In this document: positions 11,701 to 24,793 of the stretch, piece after piece
Layout: the number at the start of each line of letters is the position of its first letter
Numbering within the stretch: the first letter of the stretch is position 1
Assembly (NCBI GenBank): GCA_030167865.1
Contig: JALAGF010005857.1
Coordinates: forward strand, 124,001-188,000
Source of the DNA: Craspedostauros australis
Lineage: Eukaryota
Reading direction: 5' to 3'
Length of the DNA stretch: 64,000 nucleotides
The notes under the pieces: generated by a model
Databases searched by the model: none
What the model saw: the letters and a program-made list of their open reading frames with translations, nothing else
Told to the model about the DNA's origin: nothing
Position numbers and translations under genes: made by a program

Positions 11701-14700
11701 AGCTCATGAGCCTTCTGGAGGAACATCCCACCGGCCATGGGTCATCGAACAATGGGTTCAGCGACAGCGATGCGAGTGGCGGTAGCGATGAGGACGACGA
11801 GGACAGCGACTTTCGCAGTATCGACAGACGCAGGACGAACATTCGCATCAACGAGTACGTGGGTTTGCTTGGCTTGCTGCTGGATCGGTTGGTGGAGCAC
11901 GCGAGCGGAGGTGGAACCGGGGAGACGCCTGGTACGCAATCACTGCGGGGGTGCTCGATCGCAACGACCGACGCCTTGAAAATCATCGACATCACATTCA
12001 CGCTGATCTGCACATCGCAAATCAAGATGGGGCATGTGCGAGAACAAAACAATGGCAGGGACGTGTATCTGCTGCAACGAATCCATGCCTTTGCGAACTT
12101 CATGCTTTTGCAAGAACCAGAGCAGCAGCAGCAGCAGCAGCAGGATGAGTCACAACAAACAGACGACGTCAAGATGGACGGCCAGGAGGATGGCCAGCCT
12201 GACAGAAAGGAGATTGCACGTTCATATACCAAGTGGATGCTGAGGACGATCTCGGAGTGTCGCAAAGGCCTTCAGGCCTTGCTCAAGAGTCAACGCAATC
12301 GAAACAAGCGATCTGCCCTGCAGCAAGCATGCGTGCAGAAGGCTCAGCTGATTGCCTTCGTCTCGATCAATCTGGGATCATTGCTGTCCGCAAACCTATC
12401 ACAGCTGGTCGATGGCAGATTGGTGAGGTCCCATTTGCTGTCCGTTCTACCAGATGGCGACACAGGCGCATCTTCGGATTCTCCCGACACACAATCCAAC
12501 CGATGTGAACCGTTGGAGGAAGCGGAGATCAGGCACTTCTGCGACAGCATTGTTTGGCTGTGGCATTATTGCTGCCCCCGGAGCGATACGTCGACATCGA
12601 ATCCAACGACCCAATTTGATCGCACCATCACGTATCATCTCCGCGAACCATTGGCCGTCTTGCTCATTGCGACGTGCGGTTCCATGGCCAGTTCCCGATC
12701 CTTGAATGGGATGCATCCGAATGCAACCTCGCCACTGCCACGGTCACCGCTGGTACAACACCAACCAGACACCACGCCCGCTGATTCCATCGGTCTGTCT
12801 GAGTTCTACGATTCCGATTCGAGCGTTCATCATGGTTCGTCCGATGGTAGCGACCACGAACAAGCAGACGACGAGGGTACTGGCGGAAGAAGTGGACGAG
12901 ATCAAAAGGCGTGGGATAGAAAGGAGTTGCTTCGCGCAATCTGCCATGCCGTCGAGACCATCACCAATGCCTTTCATAGGATTGACGAAAAACGTGCCAC
13001 ATCGCTGGTGTTGACGGACACACCTGAATCCGCTCGCCATGGCCCCATCCTTCCCCTTGCCGTGATCAGGGTGCTCAACTTCTTCGCTGATACGCTTCTC
13101 ACGAATTTTGAAGATGATGACGACGATGATGATGACGACGCTGACAATGGTGACGGTGAAGACCATGCGCACCCTACAGGTATCTGGGCACAATCGTTCC
13201 CCTACCGAACACAAACGATCGGCGATCGACTTGACACTTCCCTGCACAAGGCGTACCAGCTCATCTTCGGATTCCGATTGGTGCACGAGCGCAGCCATCT
13301 GAGCACTGGGTCCGACACAGGACCGACGACACTTTCCAATCAAATCGCGTCGAAGAACCACGTGCTTGAAAGCACCAAAGCGGCTGCTCAGCTGTATCGC
13401 TGCATCGTCAGGGCATATTCGTCAGGGCGACGGTCGCCACCGAAAGCTGCGTTGGAGGTGATTTCGGCTGTTCTTCCACCTTTCGAAGAAAGCAGCAACA
13501 GCAGCATCGTGAAGAAATTCCTTTTCGGGACGAGCTGCGTTTTGGATGCACCGAAGGAAATCACCAAGTTCATGTCCAACCCTGACCACATCGCCGAATG
13601 TGTGCCAGACATCAGCAAGTATCTGCTCGCCGCCAACAAGGACAGAGCATCATCATCTGACGATGATCAGCACGAAATCAGAACAGTTCAAAAGGGGATC
13701 TGCGCAGAGCTGGCGAAGGGACCATTGCCGTCGGTGACAGGTGATACGTTGAAGTCAAAACTCGACGGAGGTGTGGCAGATGAGTACTTAATCACTTCCA
13801 AGATGGAAGATGAGCTGAACAAGAAGTTCCACATGATCTTGGAGGACTTGTGCCAGCGCGATCTGAGCAACCCAGAGGGCTGGTACCGTGCCGCGCAGTG
13901 CCTCGGAATGAAGAGCGAGCTCATCGCGGATAGAGTCGGCCTCATGAAGGGATCTGGCCGATCGAGCAACTTCTCCATTCCCAAGAACACCAGGAGACTG
14001 CGAAAGCCATTCCTCGCTCATGATGACTTGGTGGCAGTGCAGATGGCAGAACTAACCGAACAGCGAGAAAACAGCGTTTCGTTCGTGGGATCCAATCTAC
14101 GCCCGTACGTGGAATATCACTGGTCCGACCAGGCGTCCCTGCAGAATATTCTCGATCATGTTGAACACGAAGCACGCAAGTCAACATCAGGCACGGGAAC
14201 GGCGATGGCGACAGCAATGGCTATTACCACATCTCGAACTGAGGCGACGAGGCAGCGCAATGATCGGGCAGTCATTGGCCAGCTCAAGAATTCTGCCAAG
14301 GCGGATTGGCATATTATCTGGGGTGGGATGTTCGTCCACGCGCTGCGCACACTCTCAAATAGATGCTTGTGCATCACCGTCCTGATCCTGAATGAAAAAG
14401 CCAAGGCGAAGGCAAAGCAGCTGGAAGAGAAGAAGGAGAAAGAGGCAGGGCAGAAGCAAGACAGGAGCAAGAAGCCAAAGGATGGTAACGAAGAGGAGCA
14501 AACCATGCTTTCGGAAGTGTGCGAAACTTTCGGAATTGCGTTGTACTCCATGATCATGGCATCGCAGAGGTACGGCTACCCCCTCAACATCATTACAGAT
14601 GCCGAGAAACGTGAATGGGCAGTAGCAGCGAAGGCTGCCTTCCAGCAGGCAGCTGACGCTGTGGATGATACGGCTGGGGACAACGATAATGACGACGACG

Positions 14701-17232
14701 ACGTCCACGAAACATGGGATCTCGACATGATGATCGGGAAATGCGAAGAGAAGATTGCCGCAACCTACAAACGCGAAGTATTTCCGACTCATCCAGATTC
14801 GCGTCGACAATATGAATCCAAAATGGCAGTCGCGTTGACCAAGTACGCCACGGCCTTGAAGCAGGCGATAGGCATTGAGGCCGATGGCGGGACCCTGTTG
14901 GATCAGGCAGGCGGGAGTGGCCATGGTTCGATGGAGATATTCTATAGACTGCATGCGACGCGCCTCAAGTGTCTCATTCAAGCAGCGTTGCAACATGAGG
15001 ACATCTATGGCGTTGCCGAAGAAGAGGCCCTCAGGCTTGCTGAGCTTCACTGGTTCCAGAAACCAAGCAGCAAGGTAGACAGCAAGGCAAAAGACGAGGG
15101 TGTGGGTAAGGGTAAGGGTAAGACAGTTGACAAGCCCGCAGCTGATACAGACGTGAAGATGGATGATGCAGGTGATACTGACGAGAAAAATGACCAGAAA
15201 AATGATGCAAAGGAGGGGGCAGGCAGAGCTGATACCATGGACATGAGCACTAAGGATGGTGACCGCAATCAGGAACAAGTGAAGGAAAGTGACGATAGCA
15301 CGCGTGAAGCTGATGTGACCACAACTGATGAAGGTCACGCTGGTGACACTCCGAGCACGCTGGAAGAAAAGAAGCCTGATAGATCAGATGTTGTTGAAAC
15401 GAAGGAGGAAGAGAAAGAGAAAGACGAAGGAAAGACAGATGAAAGTCAAGCGAAAGAAAAGGAGCAAGGGGGTACGGGCGACGTTGAAATGAAGGACAGA
15501 GATACAGACGCAGATGAAAAGCAAGAGAGCACGAAAGAGACGGGAACGAAAGAAAAGGAGGGAAGCAAGTCGGATGAAACAGAAACGAAAGGAGAGCAGG
15601 AAGGAGACACAGAAAGTGCCGAAGCGAAAGCAGGAGAAGAGGCAGGCAAGAAAGAGGAAGGGCATGGCAGCAATGCCAGTGATGGCGACAATGACAAAAG
15701 CACTGGCATGAACGTTGACAACGACAACGACAAAGGCAACGACAACGACAATAAAGAGAGCGAGAGAAGCCGTCAGGATGATATCGGCGATGTTGCCAGC
15801 ACCCGAGATCGAGTTTGGGCAGTCCTTGTTGACATCGTGGCAGCGCTGGCCAAATGCCGCAAAGATCAGCAATTCTTTCATCGATCGGTGTACAGACATG
15901 CGCAGGCATTGATGTGGGCACCGGTTCTGCATGATCCTGTCAACGGTTGGGCCAAAGGAAGTCTAAGCTCGTTGGTCGCTCCGAAAGGCCAGATGCTCTG
16001 TGGCCTGGATGTATCGATGCCCGTCGCAAACAGTGCCGAGCGCATCATCGCATCGCTATTCGACAAGAAGAGGTAAGCAGAGAACGAAGCAGGTACAGCT
16101 GCCAAGGCACTGCCATGTACGGTGCTCTGTTAAACTGTGTAATGCTCTGAATGGAAGCGCAATGTCTGTTGCTGTTCACTTCGTGTACTCCTACCTCACA
16201 CAATATCACGTAACCATCCACCAATCCATCCATTCGCGATCTCTCTCTTCGTGTTTGCCTTCTCCACACGTGTGACTTTGCGCCATGAATTCCAGAACCC
16301 AATTGTGCGCTGTCTGGGTGACCTCGGCATCCGAACCATCGCCGTTCCAGATCGTGAACAATTCCGTCCGCAAGTATGACTCTTTACGTGGGAAGTACAT
16401 CTCGGCCTACCTGGAGGCATTGCGCCTTTGCAACCGACGAGCGGAGGCAGAAACATTCTTGAAGTGGGCCTACCATGCCAAGCCAGATCTCCCGGCGCGT
16501 TTCCATTGCAGGGATTCGTTGCAGAAGAATAAGGGGTCGATACGTGAACCGTTGCTCATCGCCTCGGACTCCATCCGATGCATGACGTTCCTTCGCCACG
16601 TGAAACGCGAGGCGAACAGCAGCTTCGCTAAGGTTCTGATGCAGAGCATCGATGGGGCCAACCAGGGGACGTTGTTCACGATCTTCAAGCATGCGTACGC
16701 CTGTTGGCTGCGCATGCACTGCACCGTTGCCGACATTCAAAAGAGCCGGGCGTGGCGGTACAAGACGAGTCCGTTGAACGAGGTGGACCTGCTGGTGCAA
16801 GTATTCTGCGCAACCGGCGGGTCGTCGTCTTCGTCATCCTTGGGCGGGGAGGGTGAATCCATGAACGACTGGTCCGGCGGCGGGCACAAGCTAGCGCTGC
16901 TGAAGGCCAGCATCGCCCACGCCAGCGGCCAATTCCCGAACCTGACCGCCGGCTTCTTTTCGAAGAAGGCCTCGACGGGCGGCTCGAACAACAAGCGCAA
17001 GGCGGAGGATGAGACGAAGGTGCCGTGCGAGGTGGCTGTGCCTCCCGATCTCGCCGAGGGCGACACCTTCCTGACCACAGTGAAGGTCGGCACCATCACG
17101 AAGCGCGTGAAGCTGACCGTGCCGCCCGGAAATCCCAGCACGCTGCGATTCATGATCCAGATGGCTTCCAGCGATGAGCTCGAAGGCAACCACCAAACCG
17201 CCACCAAGAAGGCCAAGACAACAACGACCTAA
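8451..17232 (+). CDS. CABIN1: CABIN1/Hir3-like subunit of the HIRA histone chaperone complex, about 2852 aa; exons 8451-16072, 16296-17232
   Basis: N-terminal TVEAAISRLSKAY, TPR-like ALYDASCLDDSDPIVWLKLA, and C-terminal EIFYRLHATRLK and CRKDQQFFHRSVYRHAQAL resemble conserved Cabin1/Hir3 blocks. The phase-2 intron GTAAGC..TCCAG (16073-16295) restores the frame. Confidence 0.75.
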
Positions 17233-18162
17233 ACTGCGTGTGCTGTACAACATTAAATATCCTACCATGCTATGATAGTCATGATGCTGGTCGGATCCGA
17301 GGAATGTCTGGTAGCATAGTGTGCCACTGTACTGCATTGTGTTATGTTGAGGTGCACTCCTCCGCGTGTGTTTTCTAGTCTCTGTCTAGTCCCATGCAAT
17401 AGCCGTAAAGGGAGAGTTGGATCTTCCGAATCTCCTCGAAAGGCTCAAACAGGGCACAAAAGAAGCCTGTCGGATGTACATCCGGGTTCTGGAGCGTGCG
17501 ACGCACAAACCAACACGTGATGAATGAGTGCTTCGTGAGAACCGGCGCGCGACTGACGCGACAAAAGGGAACAAACAGGGCTGTTTGGATGAATCGTCTC
17601 TCTTGTGCGGTCTATTTTGGTTGGGTGGCTGTGATGTCAACAAAAAATAGCGCCGAAAGCGGAAAGAAACCGACAACAAGGAGTGGGGGGCACGGAGACG
17701 ACTCCGCGGTGAAATGCGAGTGGGCTTGCGAGGAGAGCATGTTCTTGCGACAAGACAACGAGCGATCACAAGAATCGTCCAAACAGAACCGTATCGGTAA
17801 CGTGGAATGCTGACAGCGCAGAGAGTGCTTGGTACCCCAATACGACTACTCGCAGCAGTAGATGGATCAAACCAAGCCATCAAGAGGGAAGCCATCATAT
17901 AATACGTACACCAATCATTGCAGTGATTCCAAAGTCGACAGCGGCATTGCCCTCCCATCATGGAAGTAACCAAGACGTACCACCAACAGACAGCGATAAC
18001 GAAGGACAAAGGACGACAGACGAAGGACGAAACAACGTGCCGAAGAAAAGAAAGCAGAGCAGTATAGCGCACCAACAACAATACAACTTCCATCTATTCG
18101 TACGCCGGTACGACCAGAGTACTGTGTTCATAAACGTGACGCAACTCCAAGCCAAGAAAGCG

Positions 18163-21100
18163 ATGAGCGTCGTGACAGCACCAGCACCAGGGCCACCACC
18201 CTGCGATGGCCCCAACAGCGATGTGTTTGGAGACTGCGCACTGGTGGAGATCATCCATCTGCACGATTGTTTGCGCGGTGCTCTCAAGACCCTGGCCAAC
18301 GATGTGTCCGGCATGAACGATCTGCTGGTCCAGCAACAGCAATCACAGCAACAATCACAATCACAACAACTGCCCAAGCAGAGCATGCAAGACATCGTCG
18401 ACTTGGAACGCAGAGTCAGCGCCAGATTCCAGGTGATTTGGAGTGTATTTCGTGCGCATTCTGCCGCAGAGGATGAGTTCATCTGGCCAGCGTTGAAGCT
18501 CAAGACGCAAGGGTTGATCACAGGCAGTCCAAAGCATGAACCGAACTATGACGATATTGAGCATCATCATGAGCATCAACATCATGAGCATCACCATGGG
18601 AGCCACAGCCACAGTGGGATGCATTCAACGAATGATGCATCGGCGACCGCCAGTACTGTTGCCAGCTCGCCGGCGGACCAATCGACGCAAGATCCAACAC
18701 CATCACAGCAACAGCAGCCACAACAACAACAACAACAAAAACAGCAACCCACGGGTGTCATTGAGCAGGAAGAATACGAGGAGGATCATGCAGATGAGGA
18801 ACGTATGTTCTCAGAAATGGATCGCCTCCTCACCGACTTGCGCAAAGAACTCATAAAAACAAAACAGGTGCAACCCGAATCCGTAAAGACCCTCATCGCC
18901 TCCGTCCAAGATCGATCACAAACGTTGTGCCAGCATCTCCTCATCCATCTCCGCAAGGAAGAGCAGCAGTGTATGCCGGTAAGTCTCGTCGGATCTCGTA
19001 TGCACACGAATACCAACAGCAACAGCAACAACAATTCTGATATTGCGTGGCATTGCACAGAACAAAGAGATGGTCCTTTTTGCGGGTCCAGAAGAAAATT
19101 CGATGGCTGCATCCGCCCGGCAGCGATCCCTTGGATAAACAGGCAGACTCCATGCTTGCTTTTTGTTGGCGTTGGTGGTGTTGTTATTGTATCCTTACAT
19201 GTTTGGGCATGATGTGATGGTGCGCTTCGCAACAAGTATCCTCTGCTTTAATTTTCCTGGCGCATACAGTTGTCGCAATGATCTCACCCGTTTGCCACCA
19301 ATGGATGCATTGCGTCGTCCCCAACTCCAAACAATCAATTGCAGTTGGTGATCAAGCATCTGTCGAAACCGGAGATCGATGAACTCGTCGGTCAGATCAT
19401 GGGCAAGCGTTCATCGGAGGTCGTCGGTCAAATTATGACCATGGCAGTGCAAAGTCTCAATAGCAAGGACAGAGCCGAGATGGTCTCCAACATGAAGCGG
19501 GCCATGTCGGGAACATTCTTCGACCGCTGGCTGTCCATGTCCGGCTGGATGGACAGCGATGATCAACACCCAGCGCTTACAGGTGCGACGAAAACAGACG
19601 CTTCTTGCGCCAGTGACAACGTCAGTGTTAGTGACAGCAGCACGGCCACAGACGCTGTTGCCGTTGTCGTTGCCGCCCAACAGAAACGACCTCTGGACGA
19701 CGATGGACATAACGATGAAACACAAGCCAAAAGGGCCAAGCATGCATCAACTGCATCATCCACCAACGCGCATCCATCACGACAGCATCAGCTGGAGCAA
19801 CGCGAACAGGAACACAATAGCCCACAACAACACCAGAGAGATTTACCCAGCGTCGATGCCAACATCAACCCCGAACTCCCCAACATGAAACAATCCAACA
19901 AAGATGATGTCACCAGCCAGACCGAGTTGCAAAAGCTCATTCGTGCCATTGCCTCCAACTCAAATCTATCCTCGCAGCAGAAGACCACCACCATACAAGG
20001 ACTGCGCGATTCGATCTGGAAGAACAATCAGAGAGTCAAGCAGAAGATTCGAGACAAGCAGATCATGGCAAAGCACGAAGGCGGCGATTGCAGCCATCTG
20101 GTGACGGCTCTGTAAGTCAACAGAAACGACCATGCTCATGGGCAAACCCACACCCACGACCATCCATCGCAAGGAGGGTCATTGCGAGGGATTGGTTTGA
20201 TTTGATTTTGGCTTCGTCTCCTCCAATGCCGATTCGATTATTTACGCCGCATCAACTGACCTCGCTTCTTTTTTCTAATACGATGCTTACTCTGCTGTAT
20301 CCTGTGCTCAATAATCTACAACAATGGCGATGACTGCAGTGGATCGCCCGTGACAGAAATGAAAAGAGACACTCCCCCGTCAAGGTACTTTAAGAAGATT
20401 GACGGCGCAACCGTTCAGATACGGAATCCGTTCAGCGACCCCATGATCTGTTCCGAAGTCGGAACGATGCCACTGTTTTCGTCATCCGAACTCGCGCCCA
20501 CCCACCACGATGGAACGACCGGCGCCGTCCTTGGCTGCCCGCATTACGCCAGAGCCTGCAAACTCCGGCACCCAAAGTCGGGTAAGTTGTACACCTGCCG
20601 ACTTTGCTGCGATCAGGAACGCGAGCTGCCCAGCGGAAGTCAAGACGAACAGCTCGATCGCTACGCCGTCAGCGAAGTCATGTGCATGAAGTGCAACACG
20701 CTGCAGCCAGCAGACAAGGGATGCATCAACACTGAATGCGAACTCAACAGCAAATCATTCGCGAAGTACTTCTGCAAGATCTGCCATCTATACGACGACA
20801 GGCCGCGCCCAATCTTCCACTGTCCATACTGCAATACATGCAGAATGGGGAAAGGACTCGGCATCGACTATCGTCATTGCATGCGGTGCAATGCCTGCGT
20901 CCTCCTCACCGACAAGAATCACCGCTGCATTCCACAGAAATTGCAGGGATCGTGTCCGATCTGTCACGAGAGTCTATTCCAATCGACACAGCCGCTGCGT
21001 GGGCTGAAATGCGGACACGTGATGCACCTGTCCTGCTTCACACAATTCCGACGTCAGAGCTACACGTGCCCGCTGTGCTGCCGTTCCATGGAGGACATGA

Positions 21101-21300
21101 AGGATTACTTTGCCCTGCTGGATACTGCCATCCGAACCCAGCCCATGCCGATCATGTACATGTCGCTCGTGAGCACCATTTACTGCCAGGACTGCGAAAA
21201 AACAGGGCAATGCAACTATCACTTTGTTGGGCAGAAGTGCTCCAGCTGCGGTTCCTACAACACACGTGAATTAAGCCGAACACAACGAGGCGCAACGTAG
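18163..21300 (+). CDS. BTS: Hemerythrin + CHY/CTCHY + RING-H2 + zinc-ribbon E3 ubiquitin ligase (BRUTUS/HRZ-like), about 847 aa; exons 18163-18978, 19345-20111, 20340-21300
   Basis: HHE motifs HLHDCLR, HSAAEDEFIWPAL, EDHADEE and HLRKEE. Zinc fingers GCPHYARAC, IFHCPYCNTCRMGKGLGID, RING-H2 CPIC..CGHVMHLSC..CPLC and CQDC..KCSSCGSYNTR. Two phase-consistent GTAAGT..CAG introns (18979-19344, 20112-20339). Confidence 0.9.
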
Positions 21301-21591
21301 AGGAGCAAGGAGCAGGCATGTCAATTGAAGAGATCTGAGGCCTTGTGCGAGCACGTAGAGGACTTCACGCTCAGTGCATACTTTTCCATTCTGAGTTATG
21401 AGCAATACCACACTCTGTACATTCTCTCCAAACACATATACGTAGGTTCACACATGGCATCCGCCAGAGTACTATTTCGTCACCTGTTGTGCCATACATT
21501 TGCACCATAATACTCGTAATGGAGACTCTCACGATAATGTAGCTGAACGGTAACGGATCCAACAAAGCTCTTTCCAAGCACCACACCTGTT

Positions 21592-24500
21592 CTATTCATC
21601 GTCGGAATCAGCATCCCCATCGAATATCTCTGGCATGTCTCCGTCGTCGTCGTCGTCATCGTCGTCACCATCATCGTCATCGGCAACTTCCCGATTACTA
21701 TCTTGATGACCGGTGGTAGTTGCTTCCGCATCGTCACCATCATTATCAGAGTTGCCCTCGTCGTCCTCGTCGTTGCCGTCACTGTCTTGCGCCTTGTTGG
21801 TGCGTTCTGGAATGTTGATTTCATCTTCGATAATCATGTTGTCCTGCGATGCATCATCGTCTCCAATAGGTGCATCTTCAACTGGCGTTGGGACAACAGC
21901 AACCGCAGTGGCGGTGGCGGTAACCTTGGTCTTGATGGCGTTACCTGCTTTGTCCTTTTTCGCACTTTGTGGGGGCGTCGCGATAAGTGTCGTCTTGCTC
22001 CTGTTCGATTCCGCTTGATTATTGCTTGCTCCAATTGCAACGGCAGCTTGCGCAGGCTTTTGTTCTGGCTGTGGCAGTTCAGAAGACTTGGGGCGTTTAG
22101 TCGCACCTTTGGAGGCAGCAGAGCTCGTCTCTTCAGATGTTGATGCTGCGGATCTCTTCCGTTCGGTCTGTTGGTTTGTTCGGAACTGCTCCATCGCATT
22201 AAGGAAGGCGTTGACCGACAGTTTGCTGCCGATGTTCTGACCGCCACCTTTGTGGTCTTCATGACCTGGAGACTGGTTGGCCACGACCATCTTCAATGGG
22301 GGTGCTCTGGACATGCTGGACAAGTTGCAGATCTGCAATGCTCGTTGTGCTGCGGCAATGACTCGCACGTCGCAACTTGAGAGCAGTTGCCGTGCAGTCT
22401 CCGATACAACACCGGAGATGGAACTGGATGATCCATCCGACCACGGTGTGAGCTGGCACGTGGATGCCAAATCGAGGATGGCGTTCGTCATGACGGAGTT
22501 ATTTGCCGTGTGGTGCCGGTGCATGACAACGAGCGTCAGACTTTCTCTAGCGATACCGTCCACCAACGAGCGGGTCACGTCGCTCAAGTATCCGCTGCAG
22601 GATTGCAGGATGGCCACGAGGCATTCCGCGGCGGTGACACTGCGGTAATTAATAGAGAGAATGAGGACCCATCATTTGGGAGATGGGAGGCATTGATATG
22701 GTCGGAACGATGGAACGAGATGAGATGCAGTGAGTTGTCAATTCTGTCGAAGATGCGATTGTGACTGCAAGTACCTGCAGTTGCGCACTCGTCATGCACG
22801 TACAAATCAGAAAGCCAAGAAATCCGATGGAACACAATGAGCAAGAACAATACCAAACGGATAATAAACGTCAACAGGCAATCAGCCAATTGCCAATCAG
22901 TTCTTGAGTCAGTCAGACGCATGGAACATACATGAGTTGAGTTCGCTCGAGAGAGGACCCCCATTGGGTGCCGTCCGATGCGCACTGCTTGATGCAAGCA
23001 AGTTGCTCCACCAAGCTCCCCGCCACCAACCGCGTGCCTTGCTCGACATCGTTGGTGGAATTCTTCTTCTTGCTACGATTGCTGCTGCTACTGTTCGAGC
23101 CATCGTGGTACCCGAATGAGGCAACGATGATGCGCAGGCTCTGGATGGCCATTCGACGCATGGGAATGGATTCATGCAACCACCGTCGTTGTTTTTTGCC
23201 GTTGTTGTTGCCGTTGCCGGTGGAGTTGGCTGGATCGATGATTGAGGTGACGGCGCCCGAGCAGGATGTGACCAACGATGCGTATCCAATCCGAATGATG
23301 CGTGCGGCGTATGGCAGTGCTGTCGGCCCGCCCAATTGCAGCAGCACGGTATCCAGGAGTTCATAACCCAATCGTTTCACGTGACTTGCTAAAGTGCAGG
23401 CAATCATCGTGGGACTGAGCATCCCATTCATCATGATCTCCTGTCGCAATCGCCTTTTGGTCCGTGCGTACAAACTCTCCGATGCCAGTGAGAAGGACAG
23501 CAGAGTTTCCAGCAGATTCAGCAGTTCTTCCATGTCGATCTTCAGGCCGATGAGGAAGGGTGCGTTGGAGGATGCCCTGCCGTAATCATGTTGGAGCAAT
23601 GCGATCAAGACGTAGATGAGGCCCGTTAAGTAGGCCTTGACTTGGAGAACCCGCAGTTGGTGCGATTTCTGTGCGCGCAGGACGTCCAGCCAGGATTGCA
23701 CTCGTTGTTCTCTCCATGAATTGGCATCGTTGTCGGGACCACTGCCAAGGCCTCGAACGGGAGCAACCTCTGAGATGAGTCTTTCGATCATGACGACGCA
23801 ATCCGCAGTCATCGTATTCCAAATATCGTTGGATGCTGTCTTGCTGTTTGCACTGTTGGTAATATTGTTGCTGCCACTGCTGTTGGTGTTGCCGCTATTG
23901 TTCTGCAACAGCCCTGCCGCTCCCGTCAAGGGAAGCACGCTAAGCAACTTGGCAGACGCGCGTTGAATGCCGCAATGCGGCACAAACACAAGACGCCATG
24001 CAGCTTGACGTATCTTTTGCAAGAGGGATGTCGCACGTGACATTTTGATTTGGAACAAGGTCAGCAACGACGTGATCGCGCGGATCATGGCCATGCAGGA
24101 TGATGCGTGATGTGGAATGTTGTCTGCACGGAGGATGGCAACACCAAGGGCGTCCACTAACGCCGTCAGCAGCGCCTTTCCGTGTTCCAAGAGGAGATCG
24201 TACTCGACGACGCTGCAGGCACTCGTTTGGGCATGCGTTGGAATGTACTCGCTGGTGGCAGTCAGAACATCGGCAGCCGCCATGTAGATCTTCAGATGGA
24301 GGGGGTTGCGGGAAGAACCTTCCATCTGCAACATACGAAGCAACGCAGCCATCATGTAGTTGGAATCCTGCAAGCAGCTGGTGATGGAATCCGCATTGGC
24401 ATGGGCTTCTTTGCGTTTGTGACTTTTGCGATCCGCGGTACTTTTCTGGGCGCTGGTCTTCTTGGAGAGGTAGAGCTCTGCGCTCTCCACGTCACCTCTC

Positions 24501-24793
24501 AGCAACCCGCATTTCGAAATGGTGACGGTGACCTTCTGCAGCAGCTGCAACATCTCCGTCTGCTGCTGGAATTCACGCTGCAGCATGTGGTCATCGACCA
24601 CGGCGGTGTCATCGCCATCGCCATCTTCACCGCTTCCCCCATGCTTTCGTTTCTTTTGGTTCGTTTCGATGGACCTGATCAGCGCCAACAGCCGCTGACC
24701 GGCGCCATCTTTTCCACTCGATGATAATGCTTTGCTCTTGCTCTTGCTCAGTCCAGGTGGGTTGACGTCGCTCACCAGCAACAGGTCTTCCAT
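21592..24793 (-). CDS. RIX1/PELP1-like ARM/HEAT-type ribosome biogenesis factor (putative), about 969 aa; exons 24793-22932, 22639-21592
   Basis: Long Leu-rich helical region (RASAKLLSVLP, GYELLDTVLLQLGG-TALPYAARII) and an acidic tail ending DDGDMPEIFDGDADSDDE, like PELP1/Rix1 homologues. Phase-2 intron GTATGT..CGCAG (22931-22640). The gene is clear; the family call is moderate. Confidence 0.6.

Noticed and set aside
20582..20590. Donor-like GTAAGT inside the CHY finger
   Set aside because: The frame continues through conserved CHY residues (GKLYTC), so no intron is needed.
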